Shown here piece after piece: positions 1-9,583 of a stretch of 20,068 nt of DNA; position 1 is the stretch's first letter, and each line of letters opens with the position of its first letter. Made by a program: the position numbers and the translations under genes. The notes under the pieces were generated by a model. The model ran no database searches and had not been told where the DNA came from. It worked only from the letters and a program-made list of their open reading frames with translations. Location of the stretch: NCBI GenBank assembly GCA_024626585.2, contig JANKJI020000004.1, positions 72,225,966 through 72,246,033 on the forward strand, given 5' to 3'. The DNA comes from Ginkgo biloba. Lineage: Eukaryota; Plantae; Ginkgophyta.

Positions 1-1579
1 GCAAGAATCACCCACTTCTTGAGGGGATTTGGAAGATAGGTCACTCATATCAGGAGTAAGGTTGAGAAGGCTACTAGGTGAGAATTAGAAAACATTAGGG
101 GCCAATTAGAATCCTCACCTTTGATAGTAATCTTTAAAATAGGGTAGCTAAATTATCCAAGTAGATAGAGTTGGTTAAGATCAAGAAATAGAAAGGGACC
201 CAGGTGACAAACACATACTCTCTTCATATTACCAAACCAATACTTCCACCGGCTATCACTAGGATCTTAGTAGATAGACTATGCTAATGACATTGGCGAG
301 CCACCCCAACAATGAGTTTTATAATCTGCCAAAATTATTCCTTTAGTGAGAACACTTGTGATGAATGTAGAAATATAAATACAAATAAAGGAAGTTAAAT
401 AAGCATAGCAGGAGGCACTCATCTATCATCATTACATAAGCCTCTCATGGGAAACTCATACCAAATCGACGATGATGTCTTCTCATCTAATTAACACAAA
501 AATATTCCATATATAAAACTTATACAAACAAACTCTTTTGAATTGGAGAAACCCTCATGGGAAATAAAACTCTAGGATAGTATTCACTTAACGCAAAAAA
601 TACTACATTCAAACATTATATGACATCCTCACTATTAAAGGTGGTTACATTTAGTCTATTAATTTTGATACTTGGAATCCTATAAATGAACACATCAATA
701 GTGCACCACACTTTTCCACTCAAGTTTCCTCATGTCATCACTCTACATAATTGTTCTTTCTCTTTATTTTAGAAATTGGTTGCCTCATGGTTGGCAATTT
801 TCTAATGCATCCTTGTCTTCTCCTAAGTTGCCTCTCATCAACAATCTACTGAGTATCTCCTATTCTCACACTAATCATCAATTCTTTTGGTTCCAACACT
901 TGGGCCCTGCAAGTGTTATCCAATATTGGTGCACCATCATCTCCTTAGGATGTCTCTCATTTGTCATTCATCCTAGCTTGCTTTCTCATTGAATGATTCA
1001 TATAGAATTGCGTCATAATCGAATAATGATTCCTTCCCATGTTATGATCTCCTCTCTATGCTGATCAAATATCCTCTAACCAAAACTCATAAAAAGTAAC
1101 CAACCCCTTCTCCATATTCCTTTCAGCCTAAATATACCACTTATAATACTCAAGCCATGTGCTTCCCTCCATCATTCTAGTTGGTGAGAATAATTACTTC
1201 TACCATGGCATCTTCCATTAAGTCTTATAACAAATACGTCCTCTCTCTAGTACAACCTCCTCTTATTGTTCTCTACCTAGTGGTTTGTGAGTGAATGATG
1301 TTCACCACCTAATGGTTGGTGAGTGACCATTATTGATCACTTAGTTGTTAGGGTAGTGAATACTTCACCATACGTCCATACCTACCATAACTATATTTAT
1401 TTTCTTCCTCTTTAGTCTTTGCATTTGAGCTCCACCTAACTATCTAGCTCGTACCTTTGATTATTGAGCTTTAATGGTGACTTCATTGAATATTCAACCA
1501 TCTCCTTCACTCTTCTCTTCTAGGAAAGTACCTCCATATGTCATCAATTCTCCCCATCATATTATCTATCTCTATCTAT

Positions 1580-1690
1580 CTCCTTATCCTTCCTTTATCT
1601 CCTTATCCTATGTCTATCACCTTATCCTTCATTGGTCTTCCTTATCCCTCCTTTATCACCTTATCCTCCACTAGTCCTTATCCTTCCATT
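1580..1690. repeat. Degenerate ~19-bp tandem array (core CCTTATCC)
   Basis: CCTTATCC recurs at 1582, 1601, 1620, 1640, 1659 and 1676 (spacing 19, 19, 20, 19, 17) in a pyrimidine-rich tract. Confidence 0.75.
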
Positions 1691-2283
1691 GGAAAACTCC
1701 TTAATGTATTCTATTTGATTGCCTCAATTGGTACTTATATTGGTACTCTTCTTCCCTCAAAAAAATCCTTAATGTCATCTTTGATTGCCTCACATTTGGA
1801 AACTTGTCAATCCTTACTTTCTTTAATGGAATCCTCAATACCGTCCTTGACTTCCTCACATTTGATGATATATCAATCCTTACTCTCTTTGGTATAATCC
1901 CCAATTCCTTCCCTAACTGCAACACATTTGGTGATCTATCAATCCTTACTTCCTTTAGAAAAATCCTCAATGCCTTCCTTGAATTCCTCATATTCAGTGA
2001 TCTAATAGTCCTTACTTCTTTNNNNNNNNNNNNNNNNNNNNNNNNNNNNNNNNNNNGATGATATGTCATTCCTTACTTCCTTCAGTGGAATTCCCAAGGC
2101 CTTCCTTAATTGCCTCACATTTGGTGATCTATCATTCCTTACTTTCTTTGGCATAATCCCCAATGCCTTCCTCAACTACCTCACATTCGATGATCTATCA
2201 GTCCTTACTTTATTTGATAGAATTCTCAATTCCTTCCCCAACTGTCTCATATTTTGTGATCTATTAGTGCTTACCTCTTTTAT
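1675..2283. repeat. 66-bp minisatellite, about 9 units, interrupted by a 35-N gap
   Basis: The TCAATCCTTAC-like anchor lies at 1807, 1873, 1939 and 2005, then at 2066, 2132, 2198 and 2264, exactly 66 bp apart within each contig. More degenerate units extend back to about 1675. Confidence 0.92.
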
Positions 2284-2671
2284 TCTTACCTACCATCGAA
2301 TAATCTTGTCTATGGCAAACCCCTTGACATGCCCTCTTATTAGGCACTACCTTCAATTTCTTCACCAGTTCTATTCTTTTAGCTTCAACGATGGTTGTTC
2401 CTTTGTCACCACTCCTTGTCTTATTCTATCAAAATGACTTATCAACCATCAACATACAATTATCACATCCCTCATTAGTTGTCTCTATCATTATTATCCT
2501 AGCTTTGTCTTTGTCTGTCATCCACTTCTTATTTGCTAGTGTCATCCATCAATATTGTTTGTCTTCTCTAANNNNNNNNNNNNNNNNNNNNNNNNNNNNN
2601 NNNNNNNNNNNNNNNNNNNNNNNNNNNNNNNNNNNNNNNNNNNNNNNNNNNNNNNNNNNNNNNNNNNNNNN

Positions 2672-3594
2672 TGCCAACACTTTTACTGCGAGTAACCACA
2701 GTGACATCCATCCCATCTCCAATTAACATGATATTAGTATTCTTTTTTTACACATCCATATTTTTATGGTAAGTGCCAACTTTGACATAGATAACATATC
2801 TACTATTATTCTTTGGAGAAGAATTGACAACACCGATAACAGTCTGGTAATTTCCACTACCATATTATGCAACCACAGTATTAGTAGCTTGAACGACCTT
2901 TTTATGAGTTTGCAAAATCCTCCGACCTAGAATAGACATCCATGAAGGAAATCCATTTCCATTCTTAATATCAATGGAAAATGAATTTATTTCTATCAAT
3001 AAATGGTGACTGTGTGTTGAATCTATAATACCCTATGATACCCCATTGGTGGATGAAATGGCCTTGACCATAGAAAGATTGTTACTCACTAATTTTGATA
3101 AATTCTCCACTCTTCTCTATGTAAGAGGATTTGCAAATTTGTTGGATTTTTGAAAGTCGTTGATGCATGTTTCTTGAAAGCTCAGTGATAGAGCCAAAAT
3201 AAACATACAAAACTATTAAAGTTGCCTTTATAATCATCCAATATCTGTAGATTTTTCCATAATTTTTCTTCAAAATCATTGTCAATTAGATCGTGTACAT
3301 CGAGGAAAGTAGATAGAATGAGAGGCTCCATTAGGCATATTATCGTGTCGATGGATTTTATGGAATTTATCTTCTCATTTTATAGTTTCTAAAACATTTT
3401 TCCTGATATCCATGTGGCCTCAAAAATACTAGTAAATTATTCCATCATTTCTTGGGACAATGTCCCATAGGAATTTTAACGCTGAACAAAGTATGGAACA
3501 TCCTCTACACTAATATTTAAAATCCTAGGGATTGCTATAATATCCCTCTGATTCTTTTCTTTCCAAAAATTACTTGGATAAAATATAGTATCAT
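2672..3594 (-). pseudogene. Type-I pectin methylesterase (pectinesterase with PMEI pro-domain) pseudogene, 5' half
   Basis: Hand translation of the - strand gives SLSFQETCINDF...VENLSKLVSNNLSMV (PMEI C-terminal helices), then HHLL...NGFPSWMSILGRRILQ (pro/mature linker with RRLL-type motifs), then TVVA*YGSGNYQTVIGVVNSSPKNNSRYVIYVKVGTYHKNMDV*KKNTNIMLIGDGMDVTVVTRSKSVG (the canonical PME start VVAxDGSG...RYVIYVKxGxYxE...NIMLIGDG). Stops lie at 3119-3117, 3035-3033, 2867-2865 and 2750-2748, and the PMEI part has frameshifts. The 5' end (ATG 3594, KKR followed by a degraded hydrophobic stretch) is tentative. The sequence ends at the 100-N gap. Confidence 0.92.
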
Positions 3595-5631
3595 TATAAG
3601 AAAAATTAAAGACAGAGTAGGTCCAAAAAGTAATTCTTGTATGAGCGAGATGATGAAAATGTACCCAATCCTTTGATAAAATGGTTGTAAACAGAATAAA
3701 CTATGGAAGATTATGTTTAGAAAAAAATGGAAGGAATACTAAAATTATTTGCAATGTGCAGAACCCATGGAAGAAAAGAGTCATAAATGAAGAAAATAGA
3801 GGATTTTTTTCTTGAGAGTTGAGCCTCTCTATGAGATGCCCTAATTTTAATTTTCCATCTTCTTGAGTTATTCCAAAAATATTTCTATCTTTTCTTTCCA
3901 ATAGAAATCTCGAGGAAGGCAATATTTAATCAATTCAAATCGAATAGCCATATTTGACTTAGACTCCCCATCATCCTTCATCTCTGACAGGCACTCCAAA
4001 TGAAGTGGTCACAAAGGTGACAAATAGATAAAAGTTAGAGGATTTTATGAGGATAAGATGACTTTTGTATATCATTTACCTATCATGTTGAAGGAAGATT
4101 AACATTCTAAAATAATACCTAATGTTTCATTTTTTATCAATTGGATTTTTAATTTTTTTTTAATTTATTGAAATGATCGTGTCGATGAACATATAAATAG
4201 TATAGAGAGTTATGGAATTAAAATTTTTATCTAATAAAATTTATATAAGGATGTGCACTTAGAATTTTTTTAGATATATAGTATAGATATATATGTGCAN
4301 NNNNNNNNNNNNNNNNNNNNNNNNNNNNNNNNNNNNNNNNNNNNNNNNNNNNNNNNNNNNNNNNNNNNNNNNNNNNNNNNNNNNNNNNNNNNNNNNNNNG
4401 CCAAACTATTAATAAATTCATTATGCCCTCAATATATGAAGAAATCCAACATCATTGTCCTAAAAAAATAATGATTAAAATATCTAAAGCCAAAAGCTAC
4501 CAACAAATGCTTGAGTGTATACTCTTTAGTGCTTTATGATTAGTTGCTTACAAGCTAGTCTAAATAGAGTGTGATGTTTGGATCTACTCATACCTACCTT
4601 CAATAAATGACTATAGGAGGACAATCATTGTCTTGTAGTATTAGAAGACCACAATTTAAATATCAAATGTCTTGAAAAATAATAATGTAAGATATAACAT
4701 TTATAATTACAAAGAAAAATCTTGTATGATAATCCTTTGAAAGTGGGTCCTCTAGAGCCATTCCACTATGTATAACTTACACAATCTAATGATAAAGGAA
4801 AAAACTTTTACATACCAATATTGATGGCCTCTTTCCAATTATGTAGATGATATTTATTTTAATTAATAAAAGTATCTCACAATCCATAAAAATCTTTGTA
4901 GTGTAACCCACACGTTTTAAGAGGAAAATGATTTACGTGCTGGAAAAGTTTAAATCTCAAGCTTTACCATTAACTTGGCCCCATTTACAATTTAAATTTA
5001 TGCTTTAGTTAGGTCCATTTTATGTCAAACTTGGACACATTATATCTAATCACCTTAGAGAAATTTTCTTTTTCACTTTATAATATTCAATTTATTTTAT
5101 TATAAAGCACAAACATAGACTTTGGTAGTGAGACACTTCAATGAATCCCCACATCTTAGACATCAACCAAGGAGAATGGAATGCATGGCCAATGGCACAT
5201 TAGGGGAGTTTGTTATGTTTTATGGCTCTAAACAAGCCTCAAGTAAACATGCTAATGAAACCTAAGGACATGGAAGTTATTCATGGCAATGATTTTGTGT
5301 GGACACGATGGTAGGCTCCCAAGATATGAGACACAAACATAAGTAATCGTCATAACAGTGGCTATACACACTATTTAAGATATATACACAAGTGTTGTCT
5401 ATATTATAATTGAGCACATTCACTCATTAAGGCGGTGCTAGAAACAACTTTAAAGATAACACTCTATGTATGGGATGGAATAACCCTATCTTTGTGTGAT
5501 AATTCATACATGTGTCCATGATCCAACACCAGAGCAATCCTCTTCTCAGAAATTTGTGCATATAATTTTAAATTCTTGTTTTAAACAAAAATTTAAAATC
5601 CTTAACCACCACTTGTAAACCCTTGAAATTA

Positions 5632-5766
5632 ATTTTTTTTTTTTTTTTTTAAAACATTTCACAAAGAGTGAAAGCATAGATTTAAGTGTCGAACCAGAAA
5701 ACATTTTTTTTTTTTTAAACTAATTTCATAAACAGCGAAGCACCTAGATTTAAGTGTCCGAACAAG
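5632..5766. repeat. Two-copy ~68-bp tandem duplication, each copy headed by poly(T)
   Basis: Both copies read T(n)-AAA..ATTTCA.AAA.AG.GAA.. followed by TAGATTTAAGTGTC, which lies at 5677 and 5745. Confidence 0.8.
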
Positions 5767-6212
5767 TCTAGTGGATGGATGGAGCAGGTTTATTGGGCAG
5801 TGGGCCCTCTCAAAGATACTCCAAACAAAAATATTATTTGGGCACTCAAATTTGACTGACAGTTTTAAGTTAAGAGAAAAAGAAGCTTCATTTGATCCCA
5901 TCTGAGCACACCAGGAACACCACTGTGGAACAGATCTCTTGGGCAATTTTAATTGATTCTGTCAAATTGACGAAGGAAGAAAGCATTTTACTCCTGGGGA
6001 AAGCTGTCCAAAGTTTAAAATAGCCATCCAATCTGATAAGACTTCTGATTTTGCTTTCAAGGCCGCAGGGTAGCTGAACAGGCACATTCCACCCAAAACA
6101 TTAGCAGTTGAAAATAAGTGAGCACAATTCTTTCAGCCAGGCTGTTTATTCCTCATATGCGTTTGTTCTCTGCTTTATCCATGTGATTTGCGTAAGGTTA
6201 CCAGCAAGACCT

Positions 6213-6220
6213 ACACGTGG
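6213..6220 (+). promoter_or_regulatory. G-box/ABRE-like element ACACGTGG in the putative proximal promoter
   Basis: The motif lies about 470 bp upstream of the ATG at 6682, in a CpG-retaining stretch with GGCCC at 6241. Motif match only. Confidence 0.3.
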
Positions 6221-6681
6221 GACTGCCACATGCCATAAGAGGCCCGCCTTGTTGGCGTTTCTACTCTCCTTGTTGTAAACGTCTTCCTGCCACCATTATT
6301 CTCCACGACAGTGCTATCTGCAAAAGGTTCAAAGAAATCAACAAGGAATTATTGAAACAAAAGAAAGAAATTTCAGTAAGAAAAGAATATGGATTTTTTA
6401 ATCAGGCTGTCATTGTATGGATGGCATTTGGGTTTTTGCGTAAGCTGTCATTTTGTGGATTCTTAGCTCCCTTTCAGAACCTTTGTGCTTCTTCTCCCGT
6501 AAAGTTGGAAGAGGGATGCCATTAATGACTCCCCAGAAGGTTCTCATTCATTACAGTACTGAACATAGGTATAGATCAATGGCTGAACGATGTAGATGTG
6601 CAAATTGCGGAGTATTTTATTTTATTTAGAGCCCTTCGAAGGCTTCTATTAATAGAATCGGCAATATTATTCTGATTAAAT

Positions 6682-6775
6682 ATGGATATTCCGAAGGGAT
6701 TTTTTGCGACATTATGGAGCTTTCTGTCCTTCTTGCCGTTCTTTGTACTGCTATTTGTTCTTGGTATTATCAAAG
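6682..6775 (+). CDS. Exon 1 of an uncharacterised plant multi-pass membrane protein (At3g27390-like)
   Basis: Translates as MDIPKGFFATLWSFLSFLPFFVLLFVLGIIK(G), matching the family N-terminus as I recall it (MEPPxGxxASLWxFxxFLPYFxGLLxLGxxKG). An in-frame TGA at 6673-6675 fixes the start. Donor AAG|GTACG at 6776, phase 1. Confidence 0.9.
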
Positions 6776-9130
6776 GTACGGGGTCCAAAGCCTTAATGGA
6801 TATTCTGTTTTTAAGTCTTATTTTGAAATTTATTTTGCTAACTAAATCATTTTAATTTCATTTTTAGGGGAATTAGTTATTTTATTTTGTGATTTATTTG
6901 AGGGTGTATTAGTATTTATATCCCCAATAATAGTCCTTTATAATTTTTTAATGGTTGATGTAATAATATCTAAGATTTGAGCTCATCTATGAGGGGGATG
7001 GGAATACAAAATCCCATTGCTAGTAGCATGTATGTTCTTGGTGGATGAAGATGAAATACTAGAGGACTAAAGAGTGTTTATACCTTATTGGAATTAATAG
7101 GCGTTAAGAGTCAAGTATTTATATATTGCATCTTCAAAAGACATGGGACTAATTTTAAGGAACTCAAATGAACCTAGGGTTTAAGAGCATTCATAAAAAG
7201 GTCATATAATTATCAACCATAGAATGAGGTAACTAATGATTGAAACCTTTAAATGAAATCAAAATTGGTCTCATCATTAATTTATTTAAGAGTAAGTAAG
7301 GATTTATGATTAGTATCATAGTGTGTGAGTCAAAATCTACCAATGTAAATAATTATAGATTCTTTGTTTTGTTTTATTTTAACAAAATAATTAACATTTC
7401 TATTTTTAGAATATGCATGCAACTCTAACACTTGAATCTCAAAACTCAAGAATAAAATAAATATTGGAAACACAAAAATTCTCACATAGATACAAAGTTA
7501 TGAACTGAAAAAACCCTCATGGGGATTAANNNNNNNNNNNNNNNNNNNNNNNNNNNNNNNNNNNNNNNNNNNNNNNNNNNNNNNNNNNNNNNNNNNNNNN
7601 NNNNNNNNNNNNNNNNNNNNNNNNNNNNNAAAAAAAAAAAAGTAAAAAATAAAAATCATGAAAAAAATAAATGTTTAAAAGGAAAATATGTGGAAATATC
7701 TTTCTTAGTCATTTAATCACTCTCAAAATCCAAATTTCCAAACTATAAATATTTAAAATGGGGTTAAAAAAAAATTAAACTAAAAGGTCATTTTAATATT
7801 TACCCTTTATCTCTAAAGTCAAGCTTGATTTTTTCATTAATAACCTATGTTTGGTAGGAATGAATGATTATGTCATTATTGCTTATGGTTTCATATATGG
7901 AACAACATGATAACATTTCTAGATAATTATATATTTTTGGATTCTCATTTATAAAGAANNNNNNNNNNAGTTGCAAATATTCTCATCCATGATGAAGAAA
8001 TTATTATTTGTTCAAGTTATTTTTTCTACTCGCCATTCATAAACAATGAAGTGTAATACCATTGAATTATTAATGTCTTGCATGACACTCATAACCAATA
8101 AATAACACATCTTACTAGTTGTTGACTCTTGGCTAATCATTTCAGAGTTAAATAGTGCCTAAAATTTTTGTAACCCATGTTTGTATAGTCTTCTTAGGCC
8201 GCATGTTTATGTGTTATTTTCAGTAAGTTTAATTTCAAAACATTCCTCATAGATCCAATGCTACTCTCAATGAATTGTAAATTGATATTTTATGATGGTA
8301 TGGGAAAGTAGATGTGATATGAATCACAAGGGTCTTTTCAGTGAGATGACAAGAAGTATATTAAGTTGGAACTGGGTGTCTGTGGTATAAACCAGACTGG
8401 CACGGGTTCTTCTATTCGCCACCAGCCCCTGTTGCAGCACGGTGCTCTCTTGTTCTCCAAAGGAACTAAACTGCACTAGCAGACCCTAGTTTGGAAATTC
8501 TGCAGGCCCCCATAATGCACACGGTACCCAGCTACACCTGTGCAACTATGACATAAACATTTGAATGGAATGGAATGGTATCCTTGTTTCGCGTAGTGAC
8601 CTGTACGAGAAAGGTTATATATTGAAGGGTCCCTTTATTTTAATCTCAACCTCTAATTGCAACAGAATTTTTGGACCTTAAAACAGGAGCATGATATCAG
8701 CAGACTTGATGCATGCTGCTAAGGAGCAACCAAACCAGACCCCTCAGACTGCTTGTGAAGATAGAGATCACTTCATTTCACAGAAATCTGAGAAGTATCG
8801 ACCCAAAAATTTAGGAGAAACCCTGCAAAGCAGCTGGTGAAAATTCCTTGCTTCCTCTGCAGAAGCCAGTGAAATTTGAATTCAAATAAAACGTGTGACT
8901 CAACTTTGAAAAGATAGAAATAAATCTACCCTTTGCAGATGATGATTTTGGATTCACAGCCCACTTCTGTCCTTTAAAAGCCCGGTTCTCCACTTATCCC
9001 CACTGATTTTACTGCAAGCTCAGAATTGCTTTTCAATGAAGATTAGTCATGCATGTTAAATGTCACTTACCCTAAAAGCTTCCATTTTCTTGTACTTTCT
9101 TCAACAGCTTTTTCGGTCCTGGTCTTTGTT

Positions 9131-9583
9131 ATAGCTTTTATCCCAAAAGAGAAGAACCCGGTGACTTTAGACAGGGTCAGGCCCATATCTTTGTGCAATG
9201 TGTGTTATAAGATTATATCAAAGTTGATGGTGAATAGACTAAAGAGCATTCTACCTAAATTAATTCTAGAGGAACAAGGAGGTTTTGTGCAAGGAAAGCA
9301 AATTGCAGACAATGTGGTATTGGTGCAGGAAGCGCTCCATTAAGCTCGAATGAGGAAAGGAAACTTGATGCTCATTAAATTCGATATGGCCAAAGTGTAT
9401 GATTGCTTGGATAGGACCTTTATTCTTAAGGTGCTGGAGAGATTTGGCTTTTGTAAAGGTTGGAGAAATTGGGTGGAGGGATGCATTTCAAACCTGACCT
9501 TTTTAGTCCTGGTAAATGGAAGTCCAACTGGTTTTTTCAAAAGTGGCAGGGGCATCAGGTAGGGATGTCTTATTTCCCCAAGT
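9131..9583 (+). mobile_element. 5'-truncated L1-clade LINE reverse transcriptase fragment in intron 1 (decayed)
   Basis: IAFIPK..RPISLCNVCYKIISKLMVNRLK..EEQGGFVQGKQIADNV..QEALH*..LIKFDMAKVYD..LVNGSPTGFFKSGRGIR*GCLISP are typical plant L1 RT motifs in a single frame. Stops at 9341-9343 and 9560-9562 (the latter in the RGxRQG motif). The fragment runs into a 100-N gap. Confidence 0.95.

Noticed and set aside
732-1897. + strand S/L/P/I-rich ORFs (732-992, 1474-1674, 1538-1897)
   Set aside because: Low-complexity readings of a pyrimidine-rich strand with no recognisable domain. I could not confirm gag motifs on the opposite strand either.
1675-2283. CRISPR-like array or LRR gene
   Set aside because: The entire 66-bp unit is repeated with no unique spacers, and the context is eukaryotic. 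The period is 22 aa without the LRR LxxLxLxxN core.
3082-3285. 67-aa - strand ORF
   Set aside because: An off-frame reading of the PME pseudogene.
5425-5445. CATTAAGGCGGTGCTAG resembling a Copia PPT/LTR junction
   Set aside because: No Copia pol motifs were recognisable upstream and no partner LTR was found.
5659-6788. ORFs at 5659-5946, 5888-6085, 6217-6525 and 6576-6788
   Set aside because: No homology cues, and several start at non-ATG codons. The last is antisense to exon 1.
7782-7805. Mutator/MITE-like terminus (AAAAGGTCATTTTAATATTTACCC), with a similar weak pair at 15321-15455
   Set aside because: No clear partner TIR or 9-bp TSD is visible, so support is too weak.
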